Shown here: positions 1 through 8,759 of the stretch, piece after piece | How the letters are laid out: each line of letters starts with the position of its first letter | Numbering within the stretch: position 1 is the stretch's first letter | Assembly (NCBI GenBank): GCA_022796725.1 | Contig: JAAWJE010000009.1 | Coordinates: 1-57,175 of the forward strand | DNA: 57,175 nt | Reading direction: 5' to 3' | Source: Clostridia bacterium | GTDB taxonomy: Bacteria > Bacillota > Clostridia > TANB77 > CAG-508 | Notes under the pieces: generated by a model | Databases searched by the model: none | Seen by the model: the letters and a program-made list of their open reading frames with translations, nothing else | What the model was told of the DNA's origin: nothing | Made by a program: the position numbers and the translations under genes

Positions 1-90
1 TGCCCAAGACTTAAATACAATACTTACTGTTAAATATACGATAGCAACTATTATTGCTATTATCCAGTTCATCAAATTTTTCTTATCCAT
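1..90 (-). CDS. small membrane protein, 5' part only (gene runs off the left edge)
   Basis: ATG at 88-90 (minus) with AGGAG (complement of ctcct 101-105) 10 nt upstream. Translation MDKKNLMNWIIAIIVAIVYLTVSIVFKSWA... is one hydrophobic helix. Below the ORF-track length cut-off because it is truncated. Confidence 0.4.
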   Translation of the reverse strand, partial: MDKKNLMNWIIAIIVAIVYLTVSIVFKSWA

Positions 91-161
91 TATTTTCTAT
101 CTCCTAGACAGATTGTAATTTTTACTTTGCTTTTTTCTTTTTTTCATCTTCTAATTGTAAT

Positions 162-922
162 TTATCTTTTTCTTTTCATAATATTTAAACTATATATTCC
201 TAGTAATATATAAGTTGGTAAAACGATATATAAACTTATATTTGGATAAGTTGTTATTGTTGTAAAACAATATGGTAAAGCACATATATTTATTATAAAA
301 TGAATAATAATTGGTAACCATAGATTATTTGTTTTCTTATATATTGCTCCAAAATATAATCCCATAGCAATAGTCCATATTACTTTTGTAATTATAATAA
401 GTATGGGTTGCCCTAAAACACCAAATATATGTCCTAATCCAAAAATAACAGATGATACAAAAACTGCTATAATCGTATTATTTTCTTTTTATAGCATATT
501 TTCTCAATAAGATTTAGCAATAAACCTCGCACATATAATTCTTCAACTATTGCAACACCTATATAATATATAATCCCTTCAATTAAAACTTTCCATATTG
601 TTGGTCTATAATCGAATGTTAATCCAATATAAAATGCTACACTAGATATAATACCTACAACAATTCCTACTATTCCATATTTTTTTAGTCCACTTTTTAA
701 CTCTTTTTTATTAAGTCCTAACTTCCAATTCGGACAAAGATACTTTAGTGTAAAAAATGCAATTATTCCAATAATTATAAAATTAAACATTAAAGTAAAG
801 TAAAATGGTGTTATATCTAAAACTTCAATATTTATAAATAATGAACTAGGTAATCCTGTTATATCCATAAATGCTAATAATATTGTGAGAATACCTATTA
901 TAATTAACTCTTTCTTTTTCAT
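162..922 (-). pseudogene. CPBP-family (CAAX-like) intramembrane protease, split by a frameshift in an A-run
   Basis: The 151-aa ORF carries the EExxxR motif (IVEELYVRG). The downstream frame, translated by hand across 366-470, reads ...IIAVFVSSVIFGLGHIFGVLGQ... (FxxxH motif) and continues in frame into the 67-aa ORF (PIIIHFIINI, second His motif). The two frames meet in aaaaagaaaa at about 470-490. Confidence 0.7.
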
Positions 923-952
923 ACTTTACCTACTTTCAAATTGTAATTTGAA

Positions 953-1372
953 TTAATCTATATCAAAATTTTCTGTTTGTAAATCACAATAATATCTACC
1001 ACTTGTTGCAATAAATCTTAAAACACAATAATCTGGATCCGTTTTACCTTTTTTATAGAATATGGTATCTCCTTTTTTCCAAATCATATTTTTAGTTTCT
1101 TGGTCTGTTAATACTTCCATTTTTCCTTTTAACATAACACCAACATACTTAATTACCCCTTTATGATAAAAATATATACTAGCATTAGGATTGTTTTGGT
1201 ATTGTTTCACTCTCATAGATGAAGTATTAGTAGAAAAATAAAATTCTTTTAAACCATTTCGTTTTCTTGGTTTCAGCATTGCTTTCATATTAGGATAATT
1301 TTCATTATCAATAGAACTTATAAAACTAACTTTTTGCTTATCAATAAATTTTTCTATTTTCTTTAAATCCAT
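953..1372 (-). CDS. pyridoxamine 5'-phosphate oxidase-like FMN-binding protein (general stress protein 26-like)
   Basis: 139 aa. Pattern VSFISSIDNENYPNMKAM...FYFSTNTSSMRVKQYQNNPNASIYFY...MLKGKMEVLTD is typical of the PNPOx-like split-barrel family. Confidence 0.65.
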   Translation of the reverse strand: MDLKKIEKFIDKQKVSFISSIDNENYPNMKAMLKPRKRNGLKEFYFSTNTSSMRVKQYQNNPNASIYFYHKGVIKYVGVMLKGKMEVLTDQETKNMIWKKGDTIFYKKGKTDPDYCVLRFIATSGRYYCDLQTENFDID

Positions 1373-1442
1373 AAAACTTCATCTCACTTTCAAATTCTAA
1401 TTTGTCATATTCCATAAATACACCTAACTTTCAACTTGTAAT

Positions 1443-1700
1443 TTAGCTATTTTTCCATCTTTTTAAAGTAGGAAATAATTTCGTGCAATGTTCTTTCATT
1501 TTTTCATTAGTCATTCCTGCTTGTTCTCCATATTGAGAACACATTTCTATATATTCTTCCATTGTAACTTTATCTATAAATTCTCCATTTTCATAGCAAT
1601 ATTTACAATAATCATTATTGATACTTCCATCTTTATTTGTACTTAACTGTTCATTTGATGTTATAGGCATACCACAACTTTGACATATTTTATTTTCCAT
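1443..1700 (-). CDS. zinc-ribbon domain protein
   Basis: 85 aa with CQSCGMP...CKYC four-Cys ribbon near the N-terminus. Resembles the small clostridial 'putative zinc ribbon' family. Confidence 0.6.
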   Translation of the reverse strand: MENKICQSCGMPITSNEQLSTNKDGSINNDYCKYCYENGEFIDKVTMEEYIEMCSQYGEQAGMTNEKMKEHCTKLFPTLKRWKNS

Positions 1701-1846
1701 TTTTTATTCCTCCAATCATAACGATAAATTACTATTTGTTTAATAGCATTATATCATATACTCTAATTAAAGAATACCATTTTATGATATAAAGATATAT
1801 ACTCTTTTATATGCTTGAATAATTATATATAATTTTAAATAATACT

Positions 1847-1963
1847 GTCTAACAATAATTCTAACAAAAATCTATGTTTCCTATGATAATCAATGATTAC
1901 GAGGATTTAGTTTTTGTTAGACACTTTTTTTGATAAGTCTAACAATAAATCTAACAAAAACTC
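1847..1963. repeat. cluster of TCTAACAA repeats: two 27-nt direct repeats plus one inverted short copy
   Basis: gtctaacaataattctaacaaaaatct (1847-1873) and gtctaacaataaatctaacaaaaactc (1937-1963) differ at 2-3 positions. agtttttgttagac (1909-1922) is the inverted short form. TCTAACAA occurs five times in 117 nt of non-coding DNA. Confidence 0.8.
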
Positions 1964-2039
1964 TATAACGCTGTATTAGTCTAAATAATTTTAAATAACC
2001 TTGAATGATAGAATGCTTATTTTTAGGTGTTTTAAGATA

Positions 2040-2750
2040 CTATTCAATAATTTTGAAATCATAACCACGTGTAAAACGCATGGTTTGAACTTGCCCTAAA
2101 AGGGCTTATAACATTGCTAGCGCCTTAAGACGCTGGCTTTCACTTCGTTCAAGCCTTGATGTACTGACTACTTTAGCAAACCTTTAAAAGGGTTATTACT
2201 TTCTCTTTTAGTTAGTTTATCTTCTAGTACATCTTCTTTTTCTTGTTCTCTTATATATTTTCCAATTGTTGCTTCATTAATTCCTACTGTACTTACATAA
2301 TAGCCTGTCGCCCAGAAATTGCTATTTCCAAATTTATATCTCAAATTTCCATGCTCCTTAAATATCATCATTGAACTCTTTCCTTTCAAATATCCCATAA
2401 AACTTGATATATTTTGTTTTGGTGGTATTGATAATAGTAAATGTACGTGATCTGCCATCATATGTCCTTCTATTATTTCTACACCTTTCCATTTACATAA
2501 GTCTATTATATATCCTTGAATATCTCTTCTTAATTTATTGTATATAATTTTCCTTCTATACTTTGGTATGAATACTATATGATACTTGAATACCCATTTA
2601 GTGTGTGATAAACTATTTGCCATAAGGCATCTCTCCTTTCTATTTTATAGCTTGAACAACTTATATTATAGCATATGGAGAGATACCTTGCTTTAAGCCT
2701 TTAATCGCACCAGCATAGCTGGCAGTTTTTGTTTCGTTTCACTTCACTAA
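2040..2750 (-). mobile_element. IS200-type insertion sequence (IS200/IS605 family, tnpA only); boundaries approximate
   Basis: A single Y1-transposase gene flanked by subterminal hairpins. Downstream end: gccctaaaagggc, agcgccttaagacgct (2119-2134), ggctt..aagcc (2135-2155). Upstream end: ccagcatagctgg (2710-2722). Both flanks share gctggc...tttcacttc in the same orientation. Total size is about 0.7 kb, as expected for IS200. Confidence 0.6.
2168..2623 (-). CDS. tnpA: IS200/IS605-family Y1 transposase TnpA
   Basis: 151 aa. HTKWVFKYHIVFIPKYRR, HUH motif in ADHVHLLLSIPP, catalytic-Tyr region FWATGYYVSTVG. Confidence 0.9.
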   Translation of the reverse strand: MANSLSHTKWVFKYHIVFIPKYRRKIIYNKLRRDIQGYIIDLCKWKGVEIIEGHMMADHVHLLLSIPPKQNISSFMGYLKGKSSMMIFKEHGNLRYKFGNSNFWATGYYVSTVGINEATIGKYIREQEKEDVLEDKLTKRESNNPFKGLLK

Positions 2751-2769
2751 AGTTAAAACATAATAAAAA

Positions 2770-2795
2770 GTGTTGAAAATCACTATTTTCAACAC
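2770..2795 (-). terminator. rho-independent terminator downstream of tRNA-Pro
   Basis: Perfect 11-bp stem gtgttgaaaat / attttcaacac with a 4-nt loop, followed on the minus strand by TTTTT. Confidence 0.7.
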
Positions 2796-2810
2796 TTTTC
2801 TGCATCTTGC

Positions 2811-2886
2811 TGGTCGAGGTGACAGGGATCGAACCTGCGACCTCATGGTCCCAAACCACGCGCGCTACCAACTGCGCTACACCTCG
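2811..2886 (-). tRNA. tRNA-Pro (anticodon UGG)
   Basis: Hand-folded 76-nt cloverleaf CGAGGTG..CACCTCG-A-CCA, anticodon loop TTTGGGA (G37), T-loop TTCGATC. CCA encoded. Confidence 0.9.
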
Positions 2887-3067
2887 ATAACTAAACTGCT
2901 TATATATAATACCATATCTCTAATTTTATTTCAATACTTTTTTAAAATTTTTAATATAATATTTTTTATATAAACATTACTATTACTTTTTTATATAATT
3001 TCTATTGTCGTTTAATAAAAAATAAAATATAATATATGTATTCTATTAATGAATTAAGGAGATTTTT

Positions 3068-3685
3068 ATGGATAATAAACAAAAAATTAAAGGATTTGAA
3101 ATAATCTCAAAAGATATACCAATTATAATTTCAGCACCGCATTCAGCTAAGCAATTTAGAAATGGAAAAATACAAAGTAAAGAAATTTACACTGATTCAC
3201 TTGCTATTAAATTATCTGAGAAAGAAAATATAAGTTGTATTTATAAAACTGCTTTTCTAAATGATGATGTTAATTCAGATAAAGAATCCGAATATAAAAC
3301 AGATTTAAAACAATATATAGAAAAAAACAATATTAAATTTTTAATTGATTTGCATACAATGTCAGATAAAAGATTACCTGATATATGTATATCAATCAAC
3401 TCTGGAAAAAATATATTAAATCAATATTCTATTTTACAAGAAATAATATCTGCCTTTAATTCAAATGGAATAACCTCAGTTACAGTTGATGAACCATTTA
3501 AAGCAAAAGATGTAAATTGTATATCAAATTATATATCAAGAACTTGTAATATTCCTTGTTTTCAAATAGAAATAAATAAAAAGTTTTCAAACTTTTTAAC
3601 AAAATTATTTAATAAACCATTTAATAAAAAAATAGTTGAAAGTTCTTTATGCTCTGTTGTTAATGTCTTAAAAAATCATATTTAA
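3068..3685 (+). CDS. N-formylglutamate amidohydrolase-family (FGase-like) metallohydrolase
   Basis: 205 aa. Order of likely metal/catalytic residues fits the FGase fold: ISAPHSA..., NDDVNSD, IDLHTM, FQIEINKK. RBS AAGGAG before the ATG. Assignment is by motif order only. Confidence 0.5.
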   Translation: MDNKQKIKGFEIISKDIPIIISAPHSAKQFRNGKIQSKEIYTDSLAIKLSEKENISCIYKTAFLNDDVNSDKESEYKTDLKQYIEKNNIKFLIDLHTMSDKRLPDICISINSGKNILNQYSILQEIISAFNSNGITSVTVDEPFKAKDVNCISNYISRTCNIPCFQIEINKKFSNFLTKLFNKPFNKKIVESSLCSVVNVLKNHI

Positions 3686-3733
3686 TAACCATATTGACTT
3701 TTAAATTCTTTCGTTCTATAATACTTTTTATAT

Positions 3734-3810
3734 GCACCAGTAGCTTAGCTGGATAGAGCACTCGGCTACGAACCGAGAGGTCGGGGATTCGAATTCCTCC
3801 TGGTGCACCA
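3734..3810 (+). tRNA. tRNA-Arg (anticodon ACG)
   Basis: 77-nt cloverleaf GCACCAG..CTGGTGC-A-CCA, anticodon stem CTCGG/CCGAG, loop CTACGAA. Confidence 0.9.
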
Positions 3811-3813
3811 ATA

Positions 3814-3843
3814 AAAGACGAGAACTTAACTTTCTCGTCTTTT
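3814..3843 (+). terminator. rho-independent terminator after tRNA-Arg(ACG)
   Basis: aaagacgagaa / ttctcgtcttt 11-bp stem followed by a T-run. Confidence 0.7.
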
Positions 3844-3900
3844 ATTTATAATATTTATTAACTAAAACCTATTTCATTTTTTAATCTTATTATTATATAA

Positions 3901-4662
3901 TTATCTATCAAAATCCCTTTCTAATTGTCTTAATAAAATTCTTGATAATCTACTATTATTTCTATAATCAGCAATACAACAAAAATCAACAATCCCATCT
4001 GAATTTAAAGTTTCATAAACTCTATTACTTTCATCAAATAACTTATCATATTGATTTTCTTGATGAACAAAAACTGCCTTCCCACCATTATCATGTACAA
4101 ATCTCATTGATGGTGCATCACTATATCCATCACCTATAAAATATACATTTTGGCAATTGTTTTCTTGTATATTATTCTTTCTTAAAATATCACGAATTGC
4201 TAATACTTTTTTATCATCTGTCATAACTTCATCAATTCCAATAATTAATCCATTTTTATCATGTTTTAGAGATGAACCATAAATACCATCAAAATATTTC
4301 GCTATTTCAAGGTTCTGTAAAAATTCTTTTAATCCACCAGAAACAATATAATTTTTTGTAGTATTATTTTTAATAAAATCTTCTAATCCACAATTATATT
4401 TAATATACTTTTCTCCTTCCATCAGTTCTTGATATGTAATACTTTCATTATTTTCAACAAGTAAATCATTAAAAAAAGAAAAAAATGTTTCAAGTGCATT
4501 ACCAGAATGTGTACTTCTGTATTTATCAAGAGCTTCCTCTAAATTATCATTTCTTTTCTCTCCACTATAACCAAACTTTTTAACCCATACCCAAAACTTC
4601 GGCCATGTTTCTGTTGTTAATGTTCCATCAAAATCAAAAATATTTATTATATTATTATTCAT
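3901..4662 (-). CDS. HAD-superfamily hydrolase (subfamily IB-like phosphatase)
   Basis: 253 aa. Motif I IFDFDGTLT, motif II IVSGG, motif IV YFIGDGYSDAPS. AGGAG RBS. Lies 54 nt downstream of the preceding gene on the same strand. Confidence 0.8.
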   Translation of the reverse strand: MNNNIINIFDFDGTLTTETWPKFWVWVKKFGYSGEKRNDNLEEALDKYRSTHSGNALETFFSFFNDLLVENNESITYQELMEGEKYIKYNCGLEDFIKNNTTKNYIVSGGLKEFLQNLEIAKYFDGIYGSSLKHDKNGLIIGIDEVMTDDKKVLAIRDILRKNNIQENNCQNVYFIGDGYSDAPSMRFVHDNGGKAVFVHQENQYDKLFDESNRVYETLNSDGIVDFCCIADYRNNSRLSRILLRQLERDFDR

Positions 4663-4716
4663 ATCAATTATTCTCCTATTACTAATATCTAAATCACAAT
4701 TTGCTCGTAATATTTA

Positions 4717-5751
4717 TTACATAAGATTTGACATCATATCTTTTGCATATTCTAATGTCATTCCTCTTGCCGTGGATAAACGTCCTTCTTTAAGATGTAC
4801 AAATAAAGAATTATTAATTGAAATTCCACCACATATAGATAGACACTTACTATCTTTTAAGTAATCTTCTATTTCTTTATCTGAAATATTATCAATACTT
4901 AGTCTTGCAACATCTGTAATGTTAATACTTTGAAGAACTTTATCGTTCTCAGCAAGTAATATAGCATTACCTGTATATGAATACACTTCTTCTGAACCTC
5001 TCATACATTTAAGAAGTTCACGAACCTCATTGATAGATTTTAGTTTTCCATACATTGATCCATTAAATACAATATTCTGATCTGCTGCAATAATTAATCT
5101 CATCCCTCTATCTTTAGTCATTTCCAAAACATTTCGTACTTTACGCATAGAAATTTCGGCTAACTGATTTTTAAAAGATTTAGATTTATCTGGTGTTTCA
5201 TCAGCATTACTAACAATAACCTCAAATGGAATACTATTATCAATAAGCTGTTGCTTTCTACTAGGAGATTTAGATGCCAAAATAAGACGTGGAAAATTAT
5301 TTACTATTCTCTTAAAAGGCTCTATTAAGTCTTCTGATTTATTATAATAAATAATTTCAGTAGCTATATTTGCCATTGTTGTGGAAATATCACTACCTTT
5401 TTTTGCTATAACATAAATAGGCTTTCCTTCTGCATAACAATATCCTCCATTCATACCAAGCCCTACACCTTTTTCGCTAAACTCAATAATATTACAATCA
5501 CATTGTAGCATTGCAGGAAAAGCATAATCTCTCATTAAGACTTTTCCTTCAGGAATTTGAGCATTGCCCCATTTTTCTACATCACGTGCCATTAAAGTAA
5601 TTTCAACTCCTGCTTTATTTAAGGCTGACTCAATAGCTTCAACTTTAGCACGATCTTCATCACCATCATGAAACTTTAATGCAAAAAATGAATGTATTGT
5701 TTTAGGCTTTCTCTCATAAGATATCTCTGCTTTTTTTGCTATTTCTGACAT
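4717..5751 (-). CDS. fusion protein: N-terminal nucleoside 2-deoxyribosyltransferase-like Rossmann domain + C-terminal Maf-like nucleoside-triphosphate pyrophosphatase
   Basis: 344 aa. C-terminal half has Maf signatures LILASKSPSRKQQL..., FEVIVSNADE, IIAADQNIVFNGSMYGKL. N-terminal about 160 aa ends in FSEKGVGLGMNGGYCYAEGKPIYVI, which resembles the NDT/DNPH1-type loop. Confidence 0.65.
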   Translation of the reverse strand: MSEIAKKAEISYERKPKTIHSFFALKFHDGDEDRAKVEAIESALNKAGVEITLMARDVEKWGNAQIPEGKVLMRDYAFPAMLQCDCNIIEFSEKGVGLGMNGGYCYAEGKPIYVIAKKGSDISTTMANIATEIIYYNKSEDLIEPFKRIVNNFPRLILASKSPSRKQQLIDNSIPFEVIVSNADETPDKSKSFKNQLAEISMRKVRNVLEMTKDRGMRLIIAADQNIVFNGSMYGKLKSINEVRELLKCMRGSEEVYSYTGNAILLAENDKVLQSINITDVARLSIDNISDKEIEDYLKDSKCLSICGGISINNSLFVHLKEGRLSTARGMTLEYAKDMMSNLM

Positions 5752-5990
5752 TAAATCTCCTCCTATTAAATATTACTACATTATATATATAAATATATTT
5801 TGAATTATAGCATATTTATATAAAAATGTACAAAATATTTTTCGGGCCTACTTTATTTTTATATTTATAAAATAAATAGATTTTAAAATTATAATATATT
5901 ACCTAAAATAAAAAAATAAGCCATTTAAAATGACTTACTCTCTTGATTTTATTATTACTATATTAAAAAGTTAGTAATTATAAAATTTCT

Positions 5991-6067
5991 TGGTGAGCCA
6001 GGAGGGATTCGAACCCCCGACCCTCGGCTTAGAAGGCCGATGCTCTATCCAACTGAGCTACTGACCC
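5991..6067 (-). tRNA. tRNA-Arg (anticodon UCU)
   Basis: 77-nt cloverleaf GGGTCAG..CTGGCTC-A-CCA (two G-U pairs), anticodon stem TCGGC/GCCGA, loop CTTCTAA. Confidence 0.85.
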
Positions 6068-6186
6068 ATAACATAAGATATAATAACATCTTTTATTTAT
6101 TTTGTCAACATCATTTTCATTTTTATCTTATATTTTTTTATAGGTCATACTTTTTGGCTCATTCAATCTATTAAAACACATATTTT

Positions 6187-6477
6187 TTATCTTTTATAAA
6201 AATCCTCTATTACATCTTCTGATATTACTGGTGTTACTTTAGTTTTTGTAAATATTTCTAGTATACTATTTACTTCATATTCATTATTACTTATATCTTC
6301 TAATTTCTTATTTTCAATAATTTCTCTATCTTCCTTTAATTCTGTCTTTACTATCTCTATTCCATAACTTCTTCTATTTTCTTTAAATATTTTATAATAT
6401 TCTAAATTTATCATTTGTATATTACTATCTATCAATTCCTTTGTATCATATTTGACTTTTGAAAATATTTGTTTCAT
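6187..6477 (-). CDS. hypothetical small acidic protein (resembles a clostridial DUF-type family, YGIE...V(T/S)P pattern)
   Basis: 96-aa ORF with host-like composition and no overlapping competitor. Function unknown. Confidence 0.5.
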   Translation of the reverse strand: MKQIFSKVKYDTKELIDSNIQMINLEYYKIFKENRRSYGIEIVKTELKEDREIIENKKLEDISNNEYEVNSILEIFTKTKVTPVISEDVIEDFYKR

Positions 6478-6636
6478 TGTTCTTCTTCCCCTCTAAAAAT
6501 GATACATTAACTATATGTCCTTTTTCTTAGAACGTCAAGGAATTTCATATACTACTTTTCGCTAAAAAGCGACATAGGGGGAACTGAAAAGTATCATTCC
6601 CCCCATCTCTATAATCTGTCGCTTCCTTTGTTTGCC

Positions 6637-6930
6637 CTAAGCATCTTCTCTTACGTCTTTTTTCATAAAAATAATATACAGTATTAAATGAAATATTATT
6701 ACTGCAATGCCTGCCACAATGCCTCCTGTCCTAAAACAGTTTACTGCCCAGACTATAATCCAAATAATATAGAAAGGCAATAACCAAGTATTGTGTGCAA
6801 AAAAGCAAAACACAAATGCAAAAAGCGTTAAGAGAATAGTTCCTTTCATGCTGTTATGTGCAACAAGCCCAAAAAGCATCATCAACCGCTGACAGATTAT
6901 CCAAGATATCATCCAAATCAAATATGACAT
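6637..6930 (-). CDS. small three-helix membrane protein, paralog 2 of a tandem pair
   Basis: 97 aa. N-terminus MSYLIWMISWIICQRLMMLFG matches the MKYLIWMVCWVISQRIMMAMG of the neighbour. GGAGG-type RBS (aagggaggtgacatc ATG). G+C visibly higher than the surroundings. Confidence 0.65.
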   Translation of the reverse strand: MSYLIWMISWIICQRLMMLFGLVAHNSMKGTILLTLFAFVFCFFAHNTWLLPFYIIWIIVWAVNCFRTGGIVAGIAVIIFHLILYIIFMKKDVREDA

Positions 6931-7044
6931 GATGTCACCTCCCTTTTGTAGTTGTTTCCTTGGATTTATTCCACTCGGATATAAGTAAATTATACCATAT
7001 TTTTAATTTTTAAACAATTATATGAAAACAGGAGCATAACAATG

Positions 7045-7335
7045 TCATGCTCCTGTTTTCTTTTTGAGTGCTATTCTGATAAGCCACGCATTCATAGCTC
7101 CTCCAACGAGGCCATTTATTACATTGCCATTCTCAAAGCATAAAATCACCCACAATACAATCATTATTGAAGCTATGGAAATTATAATTTTACTCTCTCT
7201 CACAAGCAATACAATGATTGTAGATATAACTGCCGAAAATATGCTTGAAGTTAATGGCTTTTCATAAATGACACCCATAGCCATCATAATCCGCTGACTT
7301 ATCACCCAGCACACCATCCAAATCAAATACTTCAT
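7045..7335 (-). CDS. small three-helix membrane protein, paralog 1 of a tandem pair
   Basis: 96 aa with the conserved N-terminal motif shared with 6637-6930. Its own terminator hairpin aacaggagcat/atgctcctgtt (about 7024-7057) overlaps the stop codon. Confidence 0.65.
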   Translation of the reverse strand: MKYLIWMVCWVISQRIMMAMGVIYEKPLTSSIFSAVISTIIVLLVRESKIIISIASIMIVLWVILCFENGNVINGLVGGAMNAWLIRIALKKKTGA

Positions 7336-7419
7336 ATTGTATCTCTCCTTTCAAAAAAGAATCCTTTTTCTACTTTCGCTGTAATTCTTATCTTTTATTT
7401 TACCATACATTTAGCTATT

Positions 7420-8544
7420 TCACAATTTTTTATTAAGTTCAACTTGTACTATAAATTCTCTTTTATTTCTTTTTATAGTAAGCTTTACTATATCTCCTGG
7501 TTTTTTAGTATAAATGTACTCTCTAAGTTCTGTCATTTTTGTAATATTTATATCATCGATTTTTACTATAATATCTCCAGCTTTTATACTAGATTTTTTT
7601 AAATTACTGCTCTCATTTATATCAGCAACATAAATACCATCTTCAAAATCTATAACATCTTTTAAATATGGTATTACTTCTTTATCATATCCATATATTC
7701 CTAAATATGCCTCATTAAATTTCCCCTCAGTTTCAAGCTTTTCTATTATTGTTTTCACCATATTTATTGGTATTGCAAATCCTATACCATCTGCATCAGT
7801 TACCTTTACTGAAGTTATTCCTATAACTTCACCAAGTTCATTTATTAATGCTCCTCCACTATTCCCTTCATTTATTGTAGCATCTGTTTGTATTAAACTT
7901 TCCATATATGAATATTTACCATTTTCATCTTTAACTTTTAAAGTCCTTTTTGTACCGCTTATTATTCCTGATGTAACTGTTTTTTCAAATTCAAAACCAA
8001 CTGGATTACCAATTGCATATACATTTTGTCCTATACTAATATCATCTGAATTGCCTAATTTTATAGGACTTAAATTTTCTACTCCTATTTTTACTATTGC
8101 TAAATCAATTTCATTATCTGACCATACAACATTTCCTTTATATTCTACACCTGTATCTAATGTAACATAACAATTGTTAAATTTGTCTCCAACTAAATGT
8201 TGATTTGTAAGAATATATCCCTTTTTAGATACTATTATTCCTGTTCCTATTCCTAAACTTTCTACACCTTTTTTTAAAAATATACTTGTTCCAGTATCTT
8301 TTAATTTGGAAATTCCAACTATACTTTTCATTGCTTCATTTATTACATTCTCACTATTACTATTTTTTATAATTTTACTTTCTATTTCTTTTGCAAGTTT
8401 AGTTCCATATTCTTTTTTTTCATAAGTATATATCTGTCCGTCTAAATAAACAACATAAGCTAATATTCCAAAAAAAATACTCAAACAAATTATTATTATC
8501 TGAATAAAAACATTATTTGCTTTCTTTTTATCTATTCTAAACAT
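7420..8544 (-). CDS. htrA: HtrA/DegP-family (S1C) serine protease with N-terminal membrane anchor and C-terminal PDZ domain
   Basis: 374 aa. TM helix near the N-terminus, His region ILTNQHLV, Asp region DLAIVKI, catalytic Ser in GNSGGALIN, PDZ-like tail (GDIIVKIDD). Confidence 0.85.
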   Translation of the reverse strand: MFRIDKKKANNVFIQIIIICLSIFFGILAYVVYLDGQIYTYEKKEYGTKLAKEIESKIIKNSNSENVINEAMKSIVGISKLKDTGTSIFLKKGVESLGIGTGIIVSKKGYILTNQHLVGDKFNNCYVTLDTGVEYKGNVVWSDNEIDLAIVKIGVENLSPIKLGNSDDISIGQNVYAIGNPVGFEFEKTVTSGIISGTKRTLKVKDENGKYSYMESLIQTDATINEGNSGGALINELGEVIGITSVKVTDADGIGFAIPINMVKTIIEKLETEGKFNEAYLGIYGYDKEVIPYLKDVIDFEDGIYVADINESSNLKKSSIKAGDIIVKIDDINITKMTELREYIYTKKPGDIVKLTIKRNKREFIVQVELNKKL

Positions 8545-8759
8545 TTAATCACCACTCTATTTATACATATCTCTTTATTTTTATTATTCATTTTTTTATA
8601 GAATTTATTTACTTTATTCTAATAAAATAAAAATATTTTTTATTTTTATTTTAATATTACTTTTTAATTGCTTTTTCGTTATATTTCTGTAACATTCAAC
8701 AATATTTGTCTAAACTTTTATATAATGTTTTTACTATAAAAAAAATGGAGATTTTAAAT

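Noticed and set aside
2770-2973. 67-aa plus-strand ORF
   Set aside because: It is the antisense reading of tRNA-Pro (2811-2886) and its terminator. It has no RBS and the tRNA explains the open frame.
8706-8759. TTG start at 8706 for the NRPS (ORF-track model)
   Set aside because: No RBS precedes it, and the first 18 codons lie in promoter-like AT-rich DNA. ATG 8760 follows GGAG at the proper distance. ATG 8745 remains an alternative.
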